From contig OZ316899.1 in the NCBI GenBank assembly GCA_973895155.1, forward strand, positions 9,484,287 to 9,548,286: 64,000 bases of DNA, given 5' to 3'. Position numbers and translations under genes: made by a program. This stretch comes from Marsupella aquatica. Lineage: Eukaryota; Plantae; Marchantiophyta. Positions within the stretch are counted from its first letter, which is position 1. Every line of letters begins with the position of its first letter. Of this stretch, positions 48,701 to 60,636 are shown piece after piece. The notes under the pieces were generated by a model. The model had not been told where the DNA came from and did not search any database. It was given only the letters and a program-made list of their open reading frames with translations.

Positions 48701-51470
48701 CTCGCGGTTACTCTAACGGTGCACGAACACTCACCTCTGTCTTCCGCTTTGTCAATGTGGCCGATAAATCCCAGAGCGCTGCCAAGCTTGGTCGTTGCTC
48801 GATGGTTGAAAGTGCGCAGCTCAGGTCCCTAGCTGAATGTTCAACTCAATGTGGGATGCGGCATCTCCTCTTGGTTGACAACGCGCAATAGCGCTTGATG
48901 GTTGACAGTGCGCAGCTCAGCTTCGAGTTCCAACGTTACGATGCACAACGTTACGAACACACAACAATGGGAGTAGGCGGCGACAGGAATATCAACTCTG
49001 AAGTGCAACCTTCACAGCTCACGCACATTCCAAGACTGTAAAAAAAGTCCGGTTCATGTTGTTACCGATTCTCACACCACATAAAGTCCACAATCCATAA
49101 AACACCCGTAGCGCGCCCGTAGAATAGATGCAACCCGCATGCAGCTTCACCAGCTGCAAATGGTAAGCAACAATAGAGGTAGTGGCAAGCAGAGAAAATA
49201 GAGAAGGCCAAGCATAGGCGACTTCAACTCTAACCTCCTTGCTTGACCCAGGCCTGAATGTCAGTCCACAGTGACCTCCAATCTGTTCGATCCCTTCCGC
49301 AAGCAGCCGAGCGGCAGACGACAATGTAGGGATCAAGAACCAAGTGCCAGGCGGACATTGCACAAAATGAGGAACGGGGGCATAGACAAAATCTACCGAA
49401 ATGTACCGAAATCTACTCCCTGGGGTCCAGCCCACGGATGGACATCATGCAAGGTGGTCAAAAATGGTAAGTGCAATCATTGGAGAGCTGTAGTCGCGAT
49501 TACTAACGGTGCATCCACAAAATGCGTCGTCAAGTTGTCGGTGCGGCCGCAACAATTTTGACAGTCTCAGGATCACAGGTCCACAAACAAGTTGCAAATG
49601 AAGACACGCAACGTCCAGGAGGGAAAGTCCGCAACACTAACCCTTTGTAAAGCCCCCGAGCTTACCTTCTAGCTGCCGACGCAAAGAGAAAACCTACTTG
49701 GACACTGAAGCAACCCTAAACTCAGAGTCTCACCTTAGCGCAACATCTCCTGGATTGGATTCAGCTAGCGTTGGCCCACTCTAAGCTCCCGCGCCGCTCC
49801 TTGTTGCTTCACCGTGTCCTCCCCAATGCCTCCTTTGGAGTCGCATGTAGTCTGCAGCTCACGACTCACGAACGTTAGGCCCACAACCTTGCACAAGACA
49901 CAAACGGCATTCACTATGTTCACCCAATGCCTCTGCACAGGTGCTATATTCGGGTCGATCCTGCATTCAGCGATGGCGGTAAAAGGTAAGGGGCAATCTT
50001 CAATCGTCACAAGACAGCGCTACACATTCAACCAGCACAGGGAGTAGACGCTAGCAGCTTTGCATTTGAACGCTTGGCAGATCAATGCACTTACAACAGG
50101 AGGATGCAACTGCTCACAGCTCGCGTGAGGTGCTCGGGATGGCAAGAGTGTATACACTTAGAGCAGCATGACGCTTGGACTGATCGAGAAAGCTCATTGT
50201 CAATGAAAAACCCTTTGGCAAAACCCCGAACACCCAAGACCCCACCACCTTGTTTCGACCACTAAGTCACGAAGAATTCTCCCGCGCCTTGCCCATGTAG
50301 TTTAGTCCGGCCCAAAAGTTAAGCGTAAACCCTTAAACAGAATTAGGGGAAGGAATTTACAAAGCCCTAACCGTTGGGGTGAGCCGTTGAGCACAGAAGC
50401 ATATGTTCTGTAAACACTAGTGGACTCCAACAAGGCAAAAATGGCCTGGCAAATTACCCTAAGAAGGCAATGAATGGTCATATTTGCACATACATGGTCG
50501 GCACATAGTGGCATTCTATTGTGCCATAATCAGGATTAAGGTTGCCCAACATTAAATCCAGTCCTAAAATGCAATATTCCTAATTTGCTATGATGACCAA
50601 AGCACGTACAGTCACCCTAACCCAAGACTTAGTGCAAGCAGTCATGTAAGCTCGTTTCCGTTGAGGTGACCCGTTGAGCATAATAAGTACGTCCGCGCCA
50701 GAGTGTTAGGCAACAAAAGACACAAAACTAACACGGGTTAAGGATAACTTTAAATAAAATCCTTTGGTGACAAAGTCATGGCCACTTAATTAGTTGTGCC
50801 CCAACCTAACCCTCCCCCCCCCCCCCTTGTGGAATTAATCTTGGATCAAAAGGCACCATCATTTAGACTAAAATCAATCACGGGCTAGACTGTTCATTGT
50901 GCCAATTAGTGGCCATGACCCTATTAAAATGACACTAGTTGGCAATGCGGAATATATCATGGTGTGGGAGTTGTACCTAGCTAGGGTTATAGTGATGCAT
51001 TAGTTCCGGTTCCGGTTAGAAACCACCCTAAGCCCTCCAGTACAGTTGTACCCTAAGTTATGAAAAGTACCCGTTACATGGATATTTACGGTGCAATGTT
51101 AGTTAAGGTTGGTGATATATACAAGGCATGTCCTTAAGCACTTAGGCCAAAAAGTAGCATGTCACCGGTCCTTCTTAAGTATACTCTTATCATGAACCCT
51201 TGTAAGACTTTGTATTATACTAGTCTTTGTGTGGACCTTTAGAGTGATTCCAAGAACAAAACCCATGATGTCCTAGAGTGTTCACCCTTCACAAAGTAGC
51301 AAGGTTACTTTTCATAGTCTTTAACTAAACCGGAAAACACTCAAAGTCTTTTATAGTCTTTAACAAAACCTTGGCAATGGATGCGAGTCATTTAAAATAT
51401 GGAAGAAGGACTTAGTGGGCTTAGTCCTATAAGGTATGGTCTAAATTACCCCGATTTCTACTAGTGTGAT

Positions 51471-54400
51471 GTGATGATAGTTTGTGAAGACCTTGGAGCA
51501 CCTGAGATTGATGTTCAAGTGAATGGGTGTGTACTCTCGTATGTACCAGTTGATGGAGGCTCAGGTGTGAATATCATGATTGAGGCTACTGCCCAGCAAC
51601 TAGGTTTCAAAAAACTTCAGCCAACAGCAAGGACAATGAGGCTAGCAAATGGAGCAAGAGTGCTACCGGTGGGGACTCTTACTCAAGTACCCACTCTCAT
51701 TGGGGGGCAGGAATTCTTGTTGAATTTACTTGGTGATGAGACCAGCAAGGCCATCTACTTACCCAATCTTGATTGGAAGGCCTTGGTTGTATGGAGCCCA
51801 AGTGGTAACTGATTGGGGCAAGAAGGAGTTTAGATTTGGCAAACCTGCCACTTCAGTTTCATGGGGTCATGACAAGCATCAAGGAGAGACCACTGATGAG
51901 TTGGAAGAATATGATTCTGAGCTTTCTGATGAGTTGAGTACCAAATCTGAGGATGAGGTATACATGTTGAACATGGTGAGCCAATGGACTGAAGAAGACG
52001 TGTTTGGAGAGGAGCAAGAGCAGGGGGCTCTTACTAGCCATTCACCTCTGCCTAGTATCAGTGAAGTGACCAGTCTAGAGGAGGTGAAGCAGGCTGCCAC
52101 CTCATCCAAGGAGAACAACAAAGAAGACACTATCACCGTGGCTAAGGAGGCTGATCAGACCAGCAAGGGTGCTCCCCAAGTTGAGATGACGAAGGGGACT
52201 CATGACCAGAGGGTGAAGGCTAAACACTTGGCCTTGTTGAAGCTCAAGATAAAGGAGCTGGAGGACCAATTGGGGGCTGCAAACTTAGAGGAGGATGAGA
52301 CTCAGGAAGACCAGCATTCAAGCAAGGAGAAGGAGGAGTTAAGTGCTGAATATGCACCAGTCTACGGAGGCATGAGATTGGCACAACTTGAAGGCACTTT
52401 TGACTCCACAATGAGGAACAAGATGGAGGTGATTCAAGCTTAGCAGTACAGAACCATCTTTGTCCAGAAAGACAAGACCTTCAACTTGGGAAATGCCTTG
52501 GGATCAGGTGAAGAGAAAACTATCCAAGATTTGCTAGGTGAATATGTGTATGTGTTTGCTTGGAGTCACTTGGATCTTACTGGTGTAAACCCTGAACTTG
52601 GTGAGCATAGAATTGACTTGATGCTAGGAGCTTCACCTGTGAGACAAAGACTATATAGGACCCAAGTACTCCTTGATGGTGAAAGAAGAGATAGACAAAT
52701 TGTGGAAGCAGGTTTCATCTATCCTGTGTTAAATAGTGAGTGGGTTTCCCCAATTGTCATTGTACCAAAGAAACCAGGCTTGGATGGTAAGCCTAAGATC
52801 CAAGTTTGCCAAGACTTTAGGAAACTCAATGAGGCCACTAAGAAGGACCACTATCCCATTCCATTTACTGATATGGTACTTGACTTAGTAGCTGGTTGGG
52901 AAGTGTATAGTTTCCTAGATGGGTACTCAGGTTACAACCAGATTTGGATAAGGAGGACCAGTTGAAGACAACCTTTACTACTGAGTGGAGGATTTATGCC
53001 TTTCGGAGGATGCCTTTTGGTCTTTGTAATGCCCCTGGTATGTTCCAAAGGTTGATGATGAATATCTTTCATGACTACTTGAGAAAGTTCTTGGAAGTAT
53101 TCATAGATGACTTTGCTGTTTTTGGAAGGAGGAAGGACCATGTTGAACATTTGAGGATGACCTTCCAAAGATGTAGGGAAGTTGGTTTGAAGCTTCACCC
53201 AGGGAAGTGCTTCTTTGGTGTGGAAGAAGGGATACTACTTGGTGACAAGGTATCCAAGAAAGGCATCGAGGTGGATCAAGAAAAGGTGGCTGTTTGGATG
53301 GCTGTCCAATTTCCAACTTCAGTAACAGAGTTGAGGGGATTCTTGGGATGTTTAAACTACTATAGAAGGTTCATTAAGGACTTTGCTAAAGTAGCTTTAC
53401 CCCTAACCAGCATGCTTAAGAAGGGGGCTGAGGTCAAACCCTCAGTTGAGAGGCTAGCAAGTTTCCAGGAGTTGAAGAACAGGTTGGTTGAAGCTCCTAT
53501 CTTGATAGCACCTGATTGGAGTAGAGAATTCCATGTGTATGTGGATGTGTCTGGTTTTTGTATTGGTGTGGTGCTCAGTCAACTTGATGACCAGAATAAG
53601 GATCACCCTATCTACTTTGCAAGTAGACTTTTAGCACCAGCTGAAAAGAATTATTCACCAACCGATAGAAAAGCTCTAGGCATCATCTACTCTTGTAAGA
53701 AGTTTAGGCACTACTTGTTGGGCTATAAGGTGGTCTTCCATACTAATCACAATGCTCTCAAGTATATGGTGAATAAACCTGATGTAACTGGTAGAGTGGC
53801 AAGGTGGATCTTGTTGCTCCAAGAGTTTGATTATGAGGTGAGGTCGGGCCTGGTAAGAAGCATGGGAATGCAGACTTCTTCTCAAGGATTGAAGGAGAAG
53901 AGGACTTGAAGGAGGTGGATGATTGTTTCCAGATGAAGCCCTCTTTCATGTGGGAAGTGGAGGGGATACATGGTACTTGGATATCATCCAATTTCTTCTC
54001 ACAACCCGGCTACCAAGAGATTTGAACCAAGAGGAGGCTGCTGTTTTCCTGCAAAAAATCAGACCCTACTTATTGGTGAAGGGTGTCCTTCACAAGGAAG
54101 GAGTTGATGGGAGACTAAGGAGGTGTTTGGAGAAGAAGGAAATCTCCATTGTGATGAGAGCTATGCATGAGGAGGAGGCTGGTGCCCATTATGCAAGTGC
54201 AACAACAGCAAGGAAGATCCTTGATGCAGGGTATTGGTGGCCAACACTTCATAAGGATGTAAGTCTTTTTGTGAGGGGATGTGACCCTTGCCAAAGGACA
54301 GGTAAACCAGCTCACTCCGGGCATCACCCTCTTACCACCTTTTCACCTCTTGCACCTTTTGAGAAATGGGGTATAGATTTCATAGGTCCCATCACTCCTG

Positions 54401-55230
54401 TGACCAAGTCTAGAAGGAATCAATACATACTTCTTGCGACTGATTATGCAACTAAGTGGGTAGAGGCAAGACCAACAAGCAAGGACAATGATCTCACAGT
54501 AGCAAGGTTCATGTATCAGCAGATTTTTACCAGATTTGGGCCACCTCTTGAATTGGTTAGTGATAGGGGAACTCACTTCTTGAATGAGGCCGTGTCGGAG
54601 CTCACTACTCAGTACTTGATTAAGCATAGGAAGACCACTCCCTATCACCCCAAGGCAAATGGATTAACGGAGAGAGCTCATGGCATCATTGGCAAGATCT
54701 TGAACAAAATTGTGGCGGCACACAAGACTAATTGGGATGACAAATTATACTCAGCTGTGTACTCCTACAACCTTGCTTTCAAGACCACAACCGGCCATAG
54801 TCCTTTCTACCTAGTATTTGGACAACACTCACTTGTACCTGTTGAGTTTGAAATGCCTACTTTGAGGGTGAGTGTGGAGGAGAGAATGGAGGCTGACCAG
54901 AGTTTGATGGAGAGAGCTTACCAGCTAGAGGAGTTGGAGGAAATCAGGGAAGAAGCAAGTAAGCAAGTGAAGAAGAAGCAAGCTCAAGTGAAGCAACATC
55001 ATGACAAGACCTTGAAGAAGCCGACTTCTTTACTTGCTGGACAGTTGGTATTACTCTATGATAGTAGGTATGCTCATTTTCCAGGAAAGTTGCATACTCG
55101 ATGGTTGGGTCCTTATGTTGTTCACCAGGTTTATGCTAATGGGTCAATCCAGCTTGCTACTCTTGAAGGAGAGGTGTTTTCTACTAGAGTGCACCATGAT
55201 CGATTGAAGCGATATTATAATCAGGAATGA
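51471..55230 (+). pseudogene. pol: Gypsy pol (PR, RT, RNase H, integrase), frameshifted
   Basis: VDGGSGVNI, FLDGYSGYNQI, MPFGLCNAP, FIDDF, YVDVSG, WGIDFIGP, VSDRGTHF, NGLTER, PGKLHTRWLGPY. Confidence 0.95.
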
Positions 55231-55270
55231 GTGTGTTTGTGGGGACGTTGCACACTTAAGTAGGGGGCTA

Positions 55271-57803
55271 TGTGGAATGGCTTGATATAGATTTATGTAA
55301 GAAATTTGTCATTTTTTTGGTTTTTTGAACAAGGAATAGTAAGAAAGATGTTTTAGTGTTAGCAAAGTATTTAGGGTTTGCAACCCTAAGTAACTAGGGA
55401 AGGCTAGTAGGAAATTATGTAAGGGAGAAGATATGATGTTTCAAGAAAGTGTCAAGGGATAACTAAGGTCTTTATGGTAGGGCAGCAAATGTTCCATCCT
55501 TAGTTAGAATAGGCGACTAAATTGGGCCAAAAAATGACCCGACACTTGAAGTCTTAGTTTTGGTTAAAGATTTTTCTTATAGGTGCTAGGAGGTCCTTAG
55601 AGCACCCCTGTGAAGTATAACGTCAAGTGGGGTCTCAACCTAGGGTTTCCTTGTGTTTTGATGGGACTTAAATTAACAAAATAGCGGGTCTTGGGAAAAA
55701 TAGCTGATGGGAAAAGGTAGGGGTTCCAAGTTGGAAAGTAGGTTAAATATGGTCCACTCTATACCTGGAAACTTGTGGGAGAACTTGGTTACCTTTGGTT
55801 ACTTTTTGGGAGCATCTCAAAGTTGAGAAGAATTTTGGAAAACATAAGAATTAACCCTCTTTACATAATTTTAGAAAATTGTTTATAAGGTTTTATGTAG
55901 ATATTAGTAAACCGGGACATAGTCCTATGTCTAGAGAATCTGTGTGGAATCATGTGTGAGTTTTTGGGGCGGTCCAAAATGGCATGGAAATAGTGTTTTT
56001 CCAACAAAAAAATCCAAATTTTTTTCTTAGTGTCAACCGCGTCGGCAGCGACCACGACTTAAGCACGAGACCGGGGAGACTCAAGCACGAGGTCAGGAAC
56101 ACCATAAGGGTCAATACATGAGATGCTTGCTTTGAATTGGGATCAAGAGGCAACTACAAAATTGAATTGAGCTGCTAGCTTCAGGCATGGGATGCTGATC
56201 AGAATTGGTTGTCTGCCTCGATGCTACTGATTGGAATAGAGATGCTTGCTATGGAGAGATAGGCTGCTGCTGATCAAGAGATGGCTGGGCTACAAAATTG
56301 AAGGGCTGGCAGCTGATCAGACTGACTGCTGCACCAGAATTAGAAGGGCTAGCTTCAAGCACGAGATGTTGAGTGTTGGCTGATTAGTAAGTATGCTGCA
56401 AGCTCAATAGTGTTGTTGCTCTGCTAGCTACGAAGTTGAGAAGGGTGAGCTATGGCTGGCTGCTGGAGAATAGAGCTAGACTGCTAGCAAATTGATTGAA
56501 TGTAGTAGCAAAAGAACCAGGCGCAAGGAAGAAATTAAGAGGGCTAGCTGCGAATTGGTGGGCTATGGCTGCTGCAAAATTCTACTGCAATTTTGAATCA
56601 CTTGCGAGGATGGATGGATGGCTATGGAGGTGGACTGAGAAGGCTGCTGCAAACCTGGTTGAGCTGTCGATTGACCTGCTGCCATTCGAATCCAACAGAG
56701 AATGCTGTCGTTTCAGATTGAATTCAAGAGAGAGGAAAATGGTTGCAAAAATTGATGTCCTTATCAAATTCTTCATAAGAAACGTGAGTATAATGAGAGT
56801 ACTCTCCCCTGGTGACACCTGGAATCTCCATAAGGGGCGTGTAAAGAGTAAGTGTAATCGGGTCGCCGCTTATACTCGCTTTACACCAAAAACAAGCCTT
56901 GGGAGAATGGGCATAACTTTGGCTAGGGGTATCCGTTGGGGCCCAATTGTTTTTGTGCTGAGTTAGGGGAAGGTAAGGCACCCCTTGGTGAAGTTGGAAA
57001 CCCATAAAAAGAACCACCCAAATAGATTTTTAGCCGAGGCCACGAGGGGGTCCCGATAGCTTGCAAACCGGAGCCGACATAGCGGAATGAACACCAGATT
57101 TAGGGACTGACTTTTCTCGCACCCATACCACTTTAGTTAGACTCTAGGGAAGGGTACTTACCTTTGGTCAAAGGTGTAAGGCCATCAAGTTAAGAGAAAT
57201 AAATATAGGGGGTAGTTTACTTAGGGTAGTAAAAGGGTTACAAGTAAAATAAGGCCAACTTTGACTAGGCATAACTTGAGACTCATCACTCTTTTTGCAA
57301 GCTTTCAAGTGGGTTGGAAAGATGATGAGGAGGATCATATTTGGGAGAAGTTTTGGAGGTCAAAGGATGCAACTCATGTGTGGCATATTCCAGGGCTTGA
57401 AAGGAGGCAAAATAGCAAGTAGTAAGGTGGCCTATGAACTATAGAGTTGGACTTTGTGTGTTAGGAGGACTTGGGGGAGGTATAGTTGGACCCCAGGTTG
57501 AGCTTGGTGTAGTGTGGAAGGAGAATAGTATAAAAGGAGGAGTTTTCCTTTGTTAGGGACCAGGAGTCTCATCTCTTAAGTGGAATCTCTACCTTGCCAA
57601 GGTAGGGCTAAGCTTGAGAACTCAAGGGAGAGGTGGTCCATGCTTAGTGTGGAGAATGTGTAGTAAACTTTTGTTGTAAAGATGATGCAATAAAAGGAGA
57701 CTGGTGGAAAGCATGATTGAGGGGTACATAAAAAGGATCTCCAAAGTCTCCACCAAAAGGAGTGAGTCCTCATGAATTTTGCAATAAATTGGGGGGTGTT
57801 ACA
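55271..57803 (+). repeat. Probable long 3' LTR of the second gypsy (right boundary uncertain)
   Basis: TG start after the purine tract AAGTAGGGGG; TATAAAAGG at ~57529; AATAAAA at ~57689; ends GGGGGGTGTTACA. There is no second copy in the window to confirm it. Confidence 0.5.
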
Positions 57804-58304
57804 CTCAAGGGCCAAGATGTATAAGGATCAAATCAAAGGCTGGATTTGAACATCAATCAAAAATGCATTAAGTATTCATTTGGACCGGTTGAAGTACAAT
57901 CTATGCGTAATTCCTATCTTGGACTTTAGAAAGGACGACGTATAAATGTTCTCCTTGGATCCTGTGACATTGAATAGAGCAAGTTGTGGCTTGCATTGTG
58001 TTTATATATTTGTGCCTACTAATGTCTGTAACATCATTTGCATATCAGTGTTTACATATGTTCATGACTAAACACCTTGTGGATCGTCAATTAGTTACTT
58101 CAAGATATAAGTGTTTAGCGCATTATGTACTCAAATATAATGGGGGGAAATAAACCCTAAACATTTTCAGTGCATTCAGTGTGACCCTCTCCTAGGTAGC
58201 GTACCCGCTTATGGTAACAAAATGTGATCCAATAGAAGGAACAACATAAAATCATTTGTGAATCTGCAATTGCTCTGGTCCTTGGTTTGAAACGGTGCAA
58301 GAAA

Positions 58305-58944
58305 CGGGCATCACCACCAAGACAGGAAACAGGAAAACAGGATTCCTCTTAATAAGAAAACAGGAAGTGGTACCAGTTAACATATGAAGTTTTCTGCCCA
58401 TTTTTTATGGAAAGGTAAGACTTGATTGGGTTCCTTGCAACAACAAAATTCAAATGTTGTATCTGTAATTGAAATACTTCTCCACCAAATACGCGTAAAC
58501 CATTGAGTGGGTCCCACTATACACAGGCTACTGAGATGAGGCACACTCAAAATGATACCAATCTTAAAAATATCATTGAAATCGGAACGGTACTATGTAA
58601 TAGTGCTAGGCGCTAACAAAAAAACAAAAAACAAATTTTTTTAACCCTTTAATATCAACTTCTTGCAAATTGACATACTAGTGTAAGAGTTTGAGATGAG
58701 ACCAAATCGATTGAACGGTGTTCCTAAATCCATAATTAAGTACACTTCAACGAAGTGTGAACTGGTTCAAGGGGTAGATTTATATCCCACGAGAAGAACT
58801 CAAATATAGGAAAGTTTGGAAATAAAAATTCCGTTCGCAAAGATAAGTACTGGAAAGCATTCGGACCATGAAATCAAACAGATACACTCAGAATGGGACA
58901 AACTGAAGCTAGCACCCGGCGCTAGCCATATCTAATAACCAAAT
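58305..58944 (+). mobile_element. Left end of another member of the MULE-like family
   Basis: CGGGCATCACCACCAAGACAGGAAACAGGAAAACAGG matches the 28188-type MITE end; degenerate TAGCGCCWGGCGCTA at ~58601 and ~58910. Confidence 0.55.
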
Positions 58945-59411
58945 ATCAGCCTATTCATTAAAAGTGTATTTTCTTTTGTTCACAAATCAGTCTTGAAATG
59001 TACACTTTCATGTCCCCAAATGTACACTTTAAGAAACCCAAATGTACACTTTTTGGTCCCTAAATATACACTTTATAGGTCAAATCCTATTAGTATTATA
59101 TTAATAAATAATACATATTATATTATTTATTAATTCACAAAGAATAATAGGATAGAGATCATTAGTTAATATTAATTCACAAAGAATAGTAGGATAGAGA
59201 TCACACTTATAAAAACATTTCAGCACAAAGAAGCCCTTGAATATGTGTGAACAAAATGACATAACTTCAAATAGATTATAGAATAATATACAATTATCTC
59301 CAAATTTACAATGTATTTCTTATATCTAAGGGGCTTAACATGATTCAGATCTCTAAACAAAGTGCTCCTTACAATGTGTATTTGAGCACGTGCCCCTGTC
59401 TCCTTTACTAT

Positions 59412-60512
59412 CTACCCTATTGTCACGATTGCAAGACTCCCTTTATCTTCAGGGAGCTGAAACTTGGTGGTGTTGTTCCTAATGGCTATAATCTCCCGCA
59501 AAAAGTGTCTGGGATTTTCTCTACACGGACCTGAATAGTCTCGTCCTACAAATGCTTTAGCAAGTGAGGTGACAAGTGCATCATCAAGTTTTGCCTCAGT
59601 ACGTAAACTACATATACGATGCTTCACGTTCCAAGGAATCTCATTGCTATTGAGGTCCAACACACTATGCGTAAACTGTGACTTCCAAATTTTTGTTGCA
59701 CATCTCTTACTAAGTTGATCATAAGTAATTTCATTTTTTACCTTGTCTCTCTTTATGTTCAATAGAGACCACAGCGGAGAGTTCAGAAGAAGATAACATC
59801 TAATGTCACTTGCATGTGATAGTTTCTCAAGACAAGGCCAAAGAATTGTTAGAAGAAAATTATCTCCACGATTGGCATGCATATAGGGCACTGGAAATAG
59901 TCCGGTCAATCTTGGGTTGGCAAATGCCTTAAGGGGGGAGTCATCCACAAGGAGCGTGTTGGTTTCATCATATAGATTTCCAAATCCACTCCATACCACC
60001 CAAAAATCCTTCAGTAGCACATTTGCTTTTCCGTTTGTAATGTCACGCCTTTGAATGCCTGTGTCAAAGGCTTCCACCTGTGTGAATACAAACTTAAGTT
60101 TCAACCGCTCCTCAACAGTGAACATCATGTTCAACATTTTCACTGTTCGTTGTACCCCAGCACATGTCCAAATCGCAACATCAAATCGGTCAAAAACCAA
60201 CTTTAGAAAGTCATGGAGCCCTGGCCTTTCTGTATACATGCGACTAATTCCATTTTTTCTATCCCAATGCACTCCACTTGGGGTCACAACATTTCTGGAT
60301 TTGCCCTTGCTTTGGAATTCAACCGAATCCCAAAGTATTTTGTTAAGATCCAAAATCAACAATTTGCGCTTGATGGAAGGTCTTGGTTCTGCAAGTGCAA
60401 CAAATACCAATCTTAGAGAGAAAACCACATTTGAAGTTTGGATAGAGATCATCTCAATCCAAAAACACAAGTGGCCAACCACAAAGAAAATCTGCATACT
60501 GACAGTATTCAT
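59412..60512 (-). CDS. FCP1/NIF-family HAD phosphatase (TE cargo, copy 2; core domain uninterrupted, 3' end shifted relative to copy 1)
   Basis: KLLILDLNKILWDS, ERPGLHDFLKLVFDRFDVAIWT, LLKDFWVVW, NTLLVDDSPLKAFANP. Confidence 0.85.
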   Translation of the reverse strand: MNTVSMQIFFVVGHLCFWIEMISIQTSNVVFSLRLVFVALAEPRPSIKRKLLILDLNKILWDSVEFQSKGKSRNVVTPSGVHWDRKNGISRMYTERPGLHDFLKLVFDRFDVAIWTCAGVQRTVKMLNMMFTVEERLKLKFVFTQVEAFDTGIQRRDITNGKANVLLKDFWVVWSGFGNLYDETNTLLVDDSPLKAFANPRLTGLFPVPYMHANRGDNFLLTILWPCLEKLSHASDIRCYLLLNSPLWSLLNIKRDKVKNEITYDQLSKRCATKIWKSQFTHSVLDLNSNEIPWNVKHRICSLRTEAKLDDALVTSLAKAFVGRDYSGPCRENPRHFLREIIAIRNNTTKFQLPEDKGSLAIVTIG

Positions 60513-60636
60513 TGAGAAACCATAAAGAGGAAATGGATATTGATATTTATGCTCTAATTGTTAGGCTTGAAGTATAATTATACAGACTATATTATATCAA
60601 ATTGATAAGGTCACATGGCTAAATCTTAGCCCTTGG

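Larger units (their letters stand above)
34573..51466 (-). mobile_element. CACTA/EnSpm DNA transposon (16.9 kb) with cargo genes
   Basis: TIRs CACTAGTAGAAACCGGGG / CCCCGATTTCTACTAGTG; flanking direct repeat TGAT; TnpD- and TnpA-like genes. Confidence 0.95.
33547..57803 (+). mobile_element. Second Ty3/gypsy element (non-chromovirus-like), degenerate, interrupted by the CACTA; 5' part displaced by the MULE
   Basis: Gag knuckles CWNCKKPGHYSNTC and CAVCKREGHASANC; the frame rejoins across the CACTA (GTPAD|VMIVCEDLGAP); pol, PPT and LTR follow. Confidence 0.85.

Noticed and set aside
46329-50514. Numerous short ORFs in the right arm of the CACTA
   Set aside because: No recognisable domains; they may hide further cargo exons but I cannot support a call.
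55861-57815. ORFs such as 56496-56966
   Set aside because: They lie inside the probable gypsy LTR and show no protein motifs.
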